Shown piece by piece: positions 29,645 through 44,000 of a stretch of 64,000 bases of DNA. Location: positions 44,330,001 to 44,394,000 of the forward strand of contig OZ024750.1 of the NCBI GenBank assembly GCA_964016885.1, in the 5' to 3' direction. How positions within the stretch are numbered: position 1 is the first letter of the stretch; each line of letters begins with the position of its first letter. The stretch comes from Eledone cirrhosa (lineage: Eukaryota). The position numbers were made by a program, and so were the translations under genes. The notes below the pieces were generated by a model, which saw nothing but the letters and a program-made list of their open reading frames with translations, searched no databases and had not been told where the DNA came from.

Positions 29645-30025
29645 TCCTTCTTTAGATACCACTTTAGAAGGAGAATCAGAGTGGAGAGAGAGAGGCACTG
29701 CAACCCACTAAATTTACTGAAAGGTGGGTGAATGTAGCAAAAAGGGCCCGAGTGATTGGGGCCTTCTCCGTATATAAACCTGTAGGTTGAAGAAGAGAGC
29801 AAAAGGAGGAAAGGAGTACTTGCACAACACACTCCTGGAGTTGAGGGTTGTTCTATCTACGGGGTATTAAACAACCCATTTGTAACGCCTCCCCCCTATT
29901 GGGGATTTCGATTGTTATATTTATTTGTTTAAAAACTTTTTTACACGATTGTATGTAAAATCCCCAGCATGTATCCTTGTACTGTCCCCTTTTCTTGTGC
30001 GCCCTTGTGGCCAATAAAGAAATAT
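29645..30025 (+). mobile_element. 3' end of a Tx1/L1-like LINE in (CTAC/CTAT)n
   Basis: FFRYHFRRRIRVER.. followed by a UTR ending in aataaag; paralogous to 30362-30765. Confidence 0.5.
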
Positions 30026-30361
30026 ATCTATCTAGTTTTCTACGTACCTACCAACCAACCTTCCCACCTACCTACCTAATCTATCCACCTACCTATATAT
30101 CTATCTATCTACCTATCCACCTACCTACCTATATATCTATCTATCTACCTATCTCCCTACCTCCTTACCTACATCTCTACCTACCTACCAACCTAACTAC
30201 CTACCTACCTACCAACCTAACTTCCCTCGTATCTACCTATCTACTACCTACCTACCTACATATCTACCTACCAACCTACCTACCTACCTACCTACCTACC
30301 AACCTAACTTCCCTCGTATCTACCTATCTATCTACTACCTACCTACATATCTACCTATCTA

Positions 30362-30765
30362 GCGTTGGACACCTTTCTCTCCAGCCAACAACTGGTCCTT
30401 TTCTTTAAATACCATTTTAAGAGAAGGATCAGAATGGAGAGAAAGGTGCTCTACCCCAGCAAGATTTATGAAAGGTGGGTGAAAGTAGCGAGAATGGTCC
30501 GTGTGAATGGGCGTTCTCTCTTTATCAGCCTGTCTGTAGGTGGAAAGGTAGAAGTGCAAAGGAGCTCTCTGTGCTCCTAAGGAAAAGGGTTGCACACTTT
30601 TTCGGGGGGGGGGGGGTATAACCCCCAAAACGCCTCCCCCCTATGAGGACTGTATTGTTAATTTTATATTTGTTATTTGTTTTTTACGCGTTCCTTTATG
30701 TAAGCCCCCCCCCCCCCTTGTATCTGTCCCCTTCTTTTGTGCCCTCGTAGCAAATAAATAGAAAC
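30362..30765 (+). mobile_element. 3' end of a second Tx1/L1-like LINE in (CTAC/CTAT)n
   Basis: LVLFFKYHFKRRIRMERKVLYPSKIYERWVKVARM; shared UTR motifs aacgcctccccc and cccc..ttgtgccct..aataaa. Confidence 0.5.
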
Positions 30766-31108
30766 TTATATACCTATTTATCTACCTATCCCCCTACTTA
30801 CCTACCTATATCCATCCATAGAAACAAACATTGATAGAAACTTACATAAATACATATATATGCATACAGACAAACACATATATAAATACCACCCCCCTAC
30901 ACACACACACACACAAACACATATGTAAATACTACACACACACACACACACAGACAAACTCTCTCTCTCTCTCTCTCTCTTTCTCTCATGTAATTGAAAT
31001 ATTCTAGGTTTGTTTGATTATTAATCGCTCAGTATTTTTCATACCGCATTTCATCCACCCTTTACACCCCCTCCTCTCTCTTTCTACAATCCCCTGCCTC
31101 TCCCACTC

Positions 31109-31179
<71 letters not shown>

Positions 31180-31317
31180 CATATATATGATACATATATC
31201 ATATATATATATATATATAAATGAAATAACAGGAGGCTGGACTGGTGTAAATCCTTGAAAGGTTTATTATACTATGATCATTTCATATATATATACACAT
31301 AAACACATCTATATCTA

Positions 31318-31427
31318 TAGTCCAGAAATAGCCGTCGAAACGGCTTGAGCTCTGCCGTCGGGGTTAAACTTTTTCCTATGTATATATATATATATATACA
31401 TAGGAAAAAAGTTTAACCCCGACGGCA
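31318..31427. mobile_element. Fold-back element family, copy H (two short arms tail-to-tail around (TA)n)
   Basis: tagtccagaaatagccgtc..ggggttaaactttttccta (TA)n taggaaaaaagtttaaccccgacggca. Confidence 0.75.
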
Positions 31428-32932
<1,505 letters not shown>

Positions 32933-33137
32933 TATTTTCCGTTGTGTTGTAATATAAATATTACACACAGTAGATTATCAGCTCACGTAGAGTTTGCTCG
33001 ACGGTTCCAGTTGTAGTTCCAAAAGTAATCCGGAGAAAAATAGTAAGATTTGAATGGATACAGTTTAGTTGAAAGGAATTTATTGACACGTGTTTCTATA
33101 ACAGTTACATAACCTAAAACAGCTATCTACAAACTTT

Positions 33138-33200
33138 TAGTTATGCAGACATTCAATATTTCAATGTTATTATTTACTGTCATTTCATCAGAATAATATT
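33138..33200 (-). ncRNA. Hammerhead ribozyme motif in the left pLTR
   Basis: Reverse complement of the 36153/39749 motif. Confidence 0.65.
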
Positions 33201-33786
33201 ACTGAGGACCTATTTAGTTTTTATAGAGAATATTAGGAGGAAGGGGTGAAGTTGTTAGAAGAATAGTTGAAGGAGTGGTTTTTCGATAGCAGTGAGAATT
33301 CTTGGTGGCAGTGAGTAATTAGATTCCCATCTGTTGTTTTGACATTTTTTATAGAATATATTATTGGTTATTTTTCTAAATCTATAGAAGGATTAGAGAT
33401 AGTAAAGATATGCGTGGTTGGTTTTGTGTTTGCACTTAACATTCAGACTTAAATTTTTCTTTCAAGTGTACGTATTCTTTCACCCACGCATTCACACACA
33501 AATATATTTGCACACCTCTACAAAATACATATACTCACAATTCACATATTCATACTTACATATATATACACATGCATACACATATATATACACACATGTA
33601 TTCATGTACATACATACGCGCTCATGTGTATACATTTTCATACTCAACTTATCTTTATATATACACACGTATAGACACACACATATATACATACATACTC
33701 TAGTCCATGTGTACACACATACACATACATACACATCCATATACACATACATACATACATATATATACATACATATATACATACAC

Positions 33787-33819
<33 letters not shown>

Positions 33820-33826
33820 CACATAC

Positions 33827-33877
<51 letters not shown>

Positions 33878-34148
33878 AGCACTTTAATACATGAATACAC
33901 TTACATCTAACTATACACATCAAACATATATATATATATTTACTTATTTATATACATTTTCACATATATATACATACTTATGGACGTTTTTAGACACATT
34001 CATTATCGCATATTTGTACCTATTCTCATCAGCATATCTTTTCATTATTAGTATGGTAATTTAAGGTTATTAATATATGTTGAGAAGAAATTGTTTTTAT
34101 ATTTTTCTAACTAGATTAAGGTTTATATAGTTGGGGGATGTCCCTCTT

Positions 34149-35889
34149 TTATGTAATATTCGGCTTGTAGTGGGAAAAAAGGGTTTTAGTTCTGTGACGG
34201 CAGAATAATGTTCGTTCAATTCTGTTATTCAGCAGTTTCTTCTTGTGTGTGATTATGTAATAAATCTCAAGATTACACAATTTGCAGAAATTTTGGCTCC
34301 TGGAAAAGCTTTGGGTTTTAGCTAATTTTTCCCATTTTAGGGTAAACTTTTGATTGCTATCCCTGAGCGTCCAAGCTTTCTCTGCTAAAGTTGTTACATT
34401 TCTTTGGCTCTGGTGTTTTATTGAGTAAGAATGCCTATACAATCGAGATTTAAACGATGTTGCCGTTGATCCCACGTAATACCACTCGTTGCCTCCGGAT
34501 TTAATGGTACACTTATAAATAATATTTTTTTTCCAGGCAGTTATTGCCGAGGGGGCAGTTGTCAGGATAGGTGCAGTTACAGTTGTGTACGTTGGGTTTT
34601 CTCTGGAGTAGTATTGCGGACGAACTTACGTGTGGTTTATTTATGTTCTGTAGTGTATTGTCTACTGTTTTTTGGGGGTTCTTTGTACTTAAGTTCTTAG
34701 TGTTATCGTTTAACCTTCTAGTATTGATCTTTTTTATGTGTTGTTCAAGGTTTAACGCTGTAGAGTATGACAGTCTTATAGTGGTAGGGTTTAGGATTTT
34801 GTGGTATTTGTGTGATGTGGGAAAATGTCTTTTAATTATTTTAAAGAAGAGTACTGGTAAATTTGTACTAATGGAACTATTGTATTCGGGGTTATACCAT
34901 AAGTACTCTTTGCATCGCTTTCTATTAGTTTTGTTTGTTGGTTTACTGGTGTGCATACTATGGTAGTAAGTGTGGTTTGGTGTTGTGTTATTATATCTAC
35001 CTATGTGGGATTTATTTTGGGTGTTTTGATTGTTCCCATCTATGTACTCTATTTTGTTGAGGTACCCTGCTTTACTAAGGGCGTTATCGTAGTACTCGGC
35101 GTGTTCCTTAAATACTTGTATGTTAGAAGATAGACCCGAGATTCTAAGGGAAATATTTTTAGGGATAGATTTAATTATAGAGATGGGGTGGTTAGACCCA
35201 ACATTTACGTATTTGAGATTTTCATTCAATTTATGAAACGGTTTAATCAAACCAGAGTTTAAATTGAGTGTGACATCCAGGAAGTTAACTACTTTAAGGT
35301 TGTATTCATATGTTATAGTTAGTCCTATTTCGAGTAGTAGTTTTCTTATATCTTTGCGTAGTTTTTCTAGTTTTTGGTTGTTAAGGTTTTTAGCTAGGAG
35401 GAGAACATCGTCGCGGTATATTCCGCCGTGGAGATTGCTGAATTTTTCCTGGAGTCTAAAGGCGATAAATAACCCCACAATATCAGTTATTTCCGCCGAA
35501 TCGTTAGAGCCCATTGTTATGTCAAAGTTAGAGGGTCTATCTTTACGTACCCAATAACTGTTCTCAAATTTGACTATAGTTTTCCTAGCTTCTAATATAA
35601 TCTTAATTTCATCGTTTGTAAGGTCGGAGTTATCCTTAGCAAACTTAATGGCTCTATTCAAAGTTTCAGGTGATATCGATGAGTAATATTCATCGATATC
35701 AAACTGGATAAACTTAGATTTATTCTTATTGCTAATGCTATTAAACCATCTTATTGCTTCTTGGGTCTTCCCCCAGAGTTTAATGTTAACCTTAGCCTTA
35801 ATTTGGGGGATGATTCTATCTAAGATATATTTGCTTATTTTACCTATATCTGATTTAGAGGGGCAGATTAATCTAATTTTAGGGTCATT
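34149..35889 (-). pseudogene. 5'-truncated inverted copy of the PLE ORF (RT core + GIY-YIG)
   Basis: Translations are identical to the + copy; the sequence starts at the inversion junction (NDPKIRLI). Confidence 0.92.
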
Positions 35890-36152
35890 GAAAGAAAAAT
35901 TTAAGTCTGAATGTTAAGTGCAAACACAAAACCAACCACGCATATCTTTACTATCTCTAATCCTTCTATAGATTTAGAAAAATAACCAATAATATATTCT
36001 ATAAAAAATGTCAAAACAACAGATGGGAATCTAATTACTCACTGCCACCAAGAATTCTCACTGCTATCGAAAAACCACTCCTTCAACTATTCTTCTAACA
36101 ACTTCACCCCTTCCTCCTAATATTCTCTATAAAAACTAAATAGGTCCTCAGT

Positions 36153-36212
36153 AATATTATTCTGATGAAATGACAGTAAATAATAACATTGAAATATTGA
36201 ATGTCTGCATAA
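36153..36212 (+). ncRNA. Hammerhead ribozyme motif in the 5' pLTR
   Basis: CTGATGA-AATG..CATT-GAAA-tattgaatg-TC (GUC site at 36203-36205); stem I is weak and bulged. Confidence 0.65.
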
Positions 36213-36477
36213 CTAAAAGTTTGTAGATAGCTGTTTTAGGTTATGTAACTGTTATAGAAACACGTGTCAATAAATTCCTTTCAACTAAACTGTATCCATT
36301 CAAATCTTTCTATTTTTCTCCGGATTACTTTTGGAACTACAACTGGAACCGTCGAGCAAACTCTACGTGAGCTGATAATCTACTGTGTGTAATATTTATA
36401 TTACAACACAACGGAAAATACTGTATATTTACCTCCTGTAAAGTCGAGCAACCCACACAGCAAACGCAACCACAACA

Positions 36478-38436
36478 ATGGAAAAACACTACCTGGATAT
36501 GTCACTCAAAAACATACCAACCCAAGGTAGAAAGGAATATTTATTGAGCATGATTCAAAAAACTAATGAATTCATTCGACGTGTCAGGTGGAAAACGCTC
36601 CACTATGATAGAAGCCGTATGAACTCAACATTAGAAAGTGGTGTAAACAACAAATTCGGTTTTAGGACTTGTAAAAACCCACCCACCAACCCACTATTAG
36701 ATGCATTTGAGCAGGACCTTATGAACTTAATCCTTAAAATTAAATTCAAAGGACGCAACACCAACAGCAAATTACAGAAAGATATAAAAAAACTACTGGA
36801 CGACCTTAAAAACACCAAAGGAATTGTAGTAAAAGCGGACAAAACATCAAACCTGTACACTATGGATTGCACTACATACAACAACTTCATTCGAAAAGAA
36901 TTACATAAAAAATATAGAAAAACGAGTGAAGTAACCCTTAAGCACATCAATGATGAGGCATGCGAAATAGTGAAAAATCTCGGAATCGAAGATAGGACAG
37001 GACCACTCTTACCGGCGGTACCCACTTTCAATCTTAAGGACCACAAGGTAAACTTTGATAATGACCCTAAAATTAGATTAATCTGCCCCTCTAAATCAGA
37101 TATAGGTAAAATAAGCAAATATATCTTAGATAGAATCATCCCCCAAATTAAGGCTAAGGTTAACATTAAACTCTGGGGGAAGACCCAAGAAGCAATAAGA
37201 TGGTTTAATAGCATTAGCAATAAGAATAAATCTAAGTTTATCCAGTTTGATATCGATGAATATTACTCATCGATATCACCTGAAACTTTGAATAGAGCCA
37301 TTAAGTTTGCTAAGGATAACTCCGACCTTACAAACGATGAAATTAAGATTATATTAGAAGCTAGGAAAACTATAGTCAAATTTGAGAACAGTTATTGGGT
37401 ACGTAAAGATAGACCCTCTAACTTTGACATAACAATGGGCTCTAACGATTCGGCGGAAATAACTGATATTGTGGGGTTATTTATCGCCTTTAGACTCCAG
37501 GAAAAATTCAGCAATCTCCACGGCGGAATATACCGCGACGATGTTCTCCTCCTAGCTAAAAACCTTAACAACCAAAAACTAGAAAAACTACGCAAAGATA
37601 TAAGAAAACTACTACTCGAAATAGGACTAACTATAACATATGAATACAACCTTAAAGTAGTTAACTTCCTGGATGTCACACTCAATTTAAACTCTGGTTT
37701 GATTAAACCGTTTCATAAATTGAATGAAAATCTCAAATACGTAAATGTTGGGTCTAACCACCCCATCTCTATAATTAAATCTATCCCTAAAAATATTTCC
37801 CTTAGAATCTCGGGTCTATCTTCTAACATACAAGTATTTAAGGAACACGCCGAGTACTACGATAACGCCCTTAGTAAAGCAGGGTACCTCAACAAAATAG
37901 AGTACATAGATGGGAACAATCAAAACACCCAAAATAAATCCCACATAGGTAGATATAATAACACAACACCAAACCACACTTACTACCATAGTATGCACAC
38001 CAGTAAACCAACAAACAAAACTAATAGAAAGCGATGCAAAGAGTACTTATGGTATAACCCCGAATACAATAGTTCCATTAGTACAAATTTACCAGTACTC
38101 TTCTTTAAAATAATTAAAAGACATTTTCCCACATCACACAAATACCACAAAATCCTAAACCCTACCACTATAAGACTGTCATACTCTACAGCGTTAAACC
38201 TTGAACAACACATAAAAAAGATCAATACTAGAAGGTTAAACGATAACACTAAGAACTTAAGTACAAAGAACCCCCAAAAAACAGTAGACAATACACTACA
38301 GAACATAAATAAACCACACGTAAGTTCGTCCGCAATACTACTCCAGAGAAAACCCAACGTACACAACTGTAACTGCACCTATCCTGACAACTGCCCCCTC
38401 GGCAATAACTGCCTGGAAAAAAAATATTATTTATAA
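36478..38436 (+). CDS. PLE reverse transcriptase (Naiad-type) with Cys-rich linker
   Basis: 652-aa ORF: SLKNIP N-terminus, KADKTSNLY, LKDHK, RLICPSKSDIG, QFDIDEYYSSI, MGSNDSAE, GIYRDD, NFLDVTL, WYNP, CNC-x4-CPL-x3-C. Confidence 0.93.
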   Translation: MEKHYLDMSLKNIPTQGRKEYLLSMIQKTNEFIRRVRWKTLHYDRSRMNSTLESGVNNKFGFRTCKNPPTNPLLDAFEQDLMNLILKIKFKGRNTNSKLQKDIKKLLDDLKNTKGIVVKADKTSNLYTMDCTTYNNFIRKELHKKYRKTSEVTLKHINDEACEIVKNLGIEDRTGPLLPAVPTFNLKDHKVNFDNDPKIRLICPSKSDIGKISKYILDRIIPQIKAKVNIKLWGKTQEAIRWFNSISNKNKSKFIQFDIDEYYSSISPETLNRAIKFAKDNSDLTNDEIKIILEARKTIVKFENSYWVRKDRPSNFDITMGSNDSAEITDIVGLFIAFRLQEKFSNLHGGIYRDDVLLLAKNLNNQKLEKLRKDIRKLLLEIGLTITYEYNLKVVNFLDVTLNLNSGLIKPFHKLNENLKYVNVGSNHPISIIKSIPKNISLRISGLSSNIQVFKEHAEYYDNALSKAGYLNKIEYIDGNNQNTQNKSHIGRYNNTTPNHTYYHSMHTSKPTNKTNRKRCKEYLWYNPEYNSSISTNLPVLFFKIIKRHFPTSHKYHKILNPTTIRLSYSTALNLEQHIKKINTRRLNDNTKNLSTKNPQKTVDNTLQNINKPHVSSSAILLQRKPNVHNCNCTYPDNCPLGNNCLEKKYYL

Positions 38437-38800
38437 GTGTACCATTAAATCCGGAGGCAACGAGTGGTATTACGTGGGATCAACGGCAACATCGTTTAAA
38501 TCTCGATTGTATAGGCATTCTTACTCAATAAAACACCAGAGCCAAAGAAATGTAACAACTTTAGCAGAGAAAGCTTGGACGCTCAGGGATAGCAATCAAA
38601 AGTTTACCCTAAAATGGGAAAAATTAGCTAAAACCCAAAGCTTTTCCAGGAGCCAAAATTTCTGCAAATTGTGTAATCTTGAGATTTATTACATAATCAC
38701 ACACAAGAAGAAACTGCTGAATAACAGAATTGAACGAACATTATTCTGCCGTCACAGAACTAAAACCCTTTTTTCCCACTACAAGCCGAATATTACATAA
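38420..38800 (+). CDS. GIY-YIG endonuclease domain, +1 frame relative to the RT (A8 run at 38417-38424)
   Basis: NIIYKCTIKSGGNEWYYVGSTATSFKSRLYRH..CKLCNLE..LLNNRIE..CRH. Confidence 0.88.
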   Translation, partial: KNIIYKCTIKSGGNEWYYVGSTATSFKSRLYRHSYSIKHQSQRNVTTLAEKAWTLRDSNQKFTLKWEKLAKTQSFSRSQNFCKLCNLEIYYIITHKKKLLNNRIERTLFCRHRTKTLFSHYKPNIT

Positions 38801-39071
38801 AAGAGGGACATCCCCCAACTATATAAACCTTAATCTAGTTAGAAAAATATAAAAACAATTTCTTCTCAACATATATTAATAACCTTAAATTACCATACTA
38901 ATAATGAAAAGATATGCTGATGAGAATAGGTACAAATATGCGATAATGAATGTGTCTAAAAACGTCCATAAGTATGTATATATATGTGAAAATGTATATA
39001 AATAAGTAAATATATATATATATGTTTGATGTGTATAGTTAGATGTAAGTGTATTCATGTATTAAAGTGCT

Positions 39072-39122
<51 letters not shown>

Positions 39123-39129
39123 GTATGTG

Positions 39130-39162
<33 letters not shown>

Positions 39163-39748
39163 GTGTATGTATATATGTATGTATATATATGTATGTATGT
39201 ATGTGTATATGGATGTGTATGTATGTGTATGTGTGTACACATGGACTAGAGTATGTATGTATATATGTGTGTGTCTATACGTGTGTATATATAAAGATAA
39301 GTTGAGTATGAAAATGTATACACATGAGCGCGTATGTATGTACATGAATACATGTGTGTATATATATGTGTATGCATGTGTATATATATGTAAGTATGAA
39401 TATGTGAATTGTGAGTATATGTATTTTGTAGAGGTGTGCAAATATATTTGTGTGTGAATGCGTGGGTGAAAGAATACGTACACTTGAAAGAAAAATTTAA
39501 GTCTGAATGTTAAGTGCAAACACAAAACCAACCACGCATATCTTTACTATCTCTAATCCTTCTATAGATTTAGAAAAATAACCAATAATATATTCTATAA
39601 AAAATGTCAAAACAACAGATGGGAATCTAATTACTCACTGCCACCAAGAATTCTCACTGCTATCGAAAAACCACTCCTTCAACTATTCTTCTAACAACTT
39701 CACCCCTTCCTCCTAATATTCTCTATAAAAACTAAATAGGTCCTCAGT

Positions 39749-39808
39749 AATATTATTCTGATGAAATGACAGTAAATAATAACATTGAAATATTGAATGT
39801 CTGCATAA
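39749..39808 (+). ncRNA. Hammerhead ribozyme motif in the 3' pLTR
   Basis: Identical to 36153-36212, 3596 bp downstream. Confidence 0.65.
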
Positions 39809-39903
39809 CTAAAAGTTTGTAGATAGCTGTTTTAGGTTATGTAACTGTTATAGAAACACGTGTCAATAAATTCCTTTCAACTAAACTGTATCCATTCAAA
39901 TCT

Positions 39904-39953
<50 letters not shown>

Positions 39954-40111
39954 CACTGGCAACATCTATATATTTCCATATTAAAGAAAATCTAATTTGT
40001 CTACAGATCTGTTGTCTTTATTGAATTAATTGATTTGTCTGGCTAATTATAGTTATAATAACACAATATAACGAAGTTCCGAACACTTCATATACTCTCA
40101 TAGTAACACAT

Positions 40112-40522
40112 AGAGAGGGGGGGGAGAAATAGAAGGAGATAGAGGGAGTGAGGGATAGAGAGTGAGGGAAAGACAGGGGGATAGAGGGGGGAGATAGAGG
40201 GAGTGAGTGAAAGAGAGGGGATAGAGAGAGAGTGAGGGGCATATATATATAGTGAGAGAGAGGGGTTTGGAGGGAGAGAGAAGGGGATAGAGAGAATGAG
40301 AGGGATAGAAAGAGAGGGAGGATAGAGAGAGGGAGAGGGGTATATATATAGAGAGAGCGGGTGATAGTGAGAGAGGGAGAGGTGGAGAATAGAGAGAGAG
40401 AGGGGTGGAGAGAGGGAGGAGGAATAGAGATCGAGAAGGAGAATAAAGAAAGAGAGGGGGGAAGGAGAAAGAGGTAGAGATATAGAGAGAGAGGTAGAGA
40501 GATAGAGAGAAAGGGAGAGAGA
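40112..40522 (+). repeat. Purine-rich (GA) low-complexity tract
   Basis: Degenerate GA/GGA repeats. Confidence 0.85.
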
Positions 40523-41062
40523 CGCACAAAACTTATATGTATGGGATAAATAAATGGATAAACAACAAAAGCAAAAGATACAGTAGAATAAATCTATATA
40601 TTAGTTAGAGAGAGAGGAAAAATATTTAATGATTCGGAAGAATAGTCTTTCAGAATATATTGTCCTCCTCATCCATTTAAAAAAGACCTCTTTTTTCCCA
40701 ATATTTCAAACTCCTCTTCCCTCTGCAGTCTTCCCAGATGAAGGACTGACTTCCGATACGTTGAAACATATATTTATTTCCTTCTCGAAAAACTGTGAAA
40801 CCAACGGTACATCTTTTTATTGCATCACTGTGTTTGTCTTGCTATTCTTGAACTATATATACTGCTGAATATATATGTCTGTAAACACACAAAGACACAC
40901 ACACACAAATACACACACACGTACAAACACATACACACGCACACACACGCACACACACACACACACACTCATATATATATATACTCACACCCTACTATCC
41001 TAAGTATCGTAAACATTGCTAGATAATAGTCTTATTAGTTTAAAACTGGTAAAATCCTGATT

Positions 41063-41097
<35 letters not shown>

Positions 41098-41098
<1 letters not shown>

Positions 41099-44000
41099 CC
41101 TTATAATACAGAAGCAGAGATACATTTGTTGATGAACTGAGCTAGAAGATAAAAGTACAGACACATTTACAGACCAAAACATCAACACACTCCTCTTATA
41201 ATACAGAAGAAGAGATACATTTGTTGATGAACTGAGCTACAAGATAAAAGTACAAACACATTTACAGACCAAAACATGAATACACTCCTCTTATAATACA
41301 GAAGAAGAGATACATTTGTTGATGAACTGATCAACAAGATAAAAGTACAGACACATTTACAGACCAAAACATAAACACACTCCCCTTATAATTCAGAAGA
41401 GATACATTTGTTGATGAACTGAGCTACAAGATAAAAGTAGAGATACATTTACAGACCAAAACATAAACACACTCCTCTTATAATACAGAAGAAGAGATAC
41501 ATTTGTTGATGAACTGAGCTACAATATAAAATTTCGGACACATTTACAGACCAAACATAAACACACTCCTCTTATAATACAGAAGAGAGACATTTGTTGA
41601 TGAACTGAGCTAAAAGATAAAAGTACAGACACATTTACAGACCAAAGCATAAACACACTCCCCTTATGATGAACTGAACTACAAGATAAAAGTTCGGACA
41701 CATTTACAGACCAAAACATAAACACACTCCTCTTATAATACAGAAGAAGAGATACATGTGTTGATGAACTGAGCTACAAGATAAAAGTACAGACACATTT
41801 ACAGACCAAAACATAAACACATTCCCCTTATAATACAGAAGAAGAGATACATTTGTTGATGAAGTGAGCTACAAGATACAACTACAGACACATTTACAGA
41901 CCAAAATATAAACACACTCCCCTTATGATGAACTGAACTACAAGATAAAAGTTCGGACACATTTACAGACCAAAACATAAACACACACCCCTTATAATTC
42001 AGAAGAAGAGATACATATGTTGATAAACTGAGCTACAAGATACAACTACAGACACATTTACAGACCAAAACATAAACACATTCCCCTTATAATACAGAAG
42101 AAGAGATACATTTGTTGATGAAGTGAGCTACAAGATAAAAGTACAGACACATTTACAGACCAAAATATAAACACACTCCCCTTATAATACAGAAGAGATA
42201 CATTTGTTCATGAACTGAGCTACAAGATAAAAGTACAGACACGTTTACAGACCAAAACATAAACAAATTCCCCTTATAATACAGAAGAAGAGATACATTT
42301 GTTGATGAACTGAGTTACAAGATAAGAGTACAGACACATTTACAGACCAAAACATAGACACATTCCCCTTATCATACAGAAGAAGAGATATATTTGATGA
42401 TGAACTGAGCTACAAGATAAAAGTACTGTCACATTTACAGACCAAAACATAAACACACTCCCCTTATAATACAGAAGTAGAGATACAATGGTTGATGAAA
42501 TCAGCTACAAGATAAAAGTATAGACACATTTACAGACGAAAACATAAACACAAACTTCTTATAATACAGAAGAGATACATTTGTTGATGAACTGAGCTAC
42601 AAGATAAAAGTACAGACACATTTACAGACCAAAACATAAACACACTCCCATTATAATACAGAAGAAGAGATACATTTGTTGATGAACTGAGCTACAAGAT
42701 AAAATTACAGACACATTTGCAGACCAAAACATAAACACACTCCCCTTATGATACAGAAGAAGAGATACATTTGTTGATGAACTGAGCTACAAGATAAGAG
42801 TACAGACACATTTACAGACCAAAACATAGACCCATTCCCCTTATAATACAGAAGACGAGATACATTTGGTGATGAACTGAGTTACAAGATAAAAGTACAG
42901 ACACATTTAAAGACCAAAACATCAACATGCTACCCTTATCATACAGAAGAAGAGATACATGTGTTGGTGAACTGAGCTACAAGATAAAAGTACAGACACA
43001 TTTAAAGACAAAAAGATAAACACACTCCCGTTATAATACAGAAGAAGAGATACATTTGTTAATGAACTGAGCTACAAGATAAAAGTAGAGACACATTTAC
43101 AGACCAAAACATAAACACATTCCCCTTATAATTCAGAAGGAGAGATACATTTGTTGATGAACTGAGCTACAAGATAAAAGTACAGACACATTTACAGACC
43201 AAAACATAAACACACTCCCCTTATAATACAGAAGTAGAGATACAATGGTTGATGAAATCAGCTACAAGATAAAAGTACAGACACATTTACAGACCAAAAC
43301 ATAAACAGATTCCCCTTATAATACAGAAGAAGAGATATATTTGTTGATGAACTGAGCTACAATATTAATGTACAGACACATTTACAGACCAAAACATAAA
43401 CACAATCCCCTTATAATACAGAAGTAGAGATACAATGGTTGATGAAATCAGCTACAAGATAAAAGTACATACACGTTTACAGACCAAAACATAAACACAC
43501 CCCTATTATAATACATAAGAAGAGATACGTTTGTTGATGAACTGAGCTACAAGATAAATGTATAGACACATTTACAGGCCAAAACATAAACACACTACCC
43601 TTATAATTCAGAAGAAGAGATACATTTGTTGATGAACTGAGTTACATGTTAAAAGTACAGACTCATTTACAGCCTAAAACATCACCACACTCCCCTTATA
43701 ATACAGAAGAAGAAATACATTTGTTGATGAACTGAGCTACAAGATAAAAGAAGAGACACATTTACTGACCAAAACAACAACACACTCCCCTTATAATAAA
43801 GAAGTAGAGTTACAATGGTTGATGAAATCATCTACAAGATAAAAGTACAGACACATTTACAGACCAAACCATAAACACACACCCCTTATAATACAGAAGA
43901 ACAGATACATTTGTTGATGAACTGGGCTACATGATAAATGTACAGACACATTTACAGACCAAAAGATAAACACACTCCTCTTATAATACAGAAGTGATAT

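Noticed and set aside
36603-38378. Antisense ORFs over the PLE RT
   Set aside because: Shadow frames of the RT with no recognisable motifs.
38917-38965. CTGATGA in the PLE 3' UTR as a second HHR or a SECIS
   Set aside because: No stem II/GAAA, no SECIS helix, and no UGA codon to recode.
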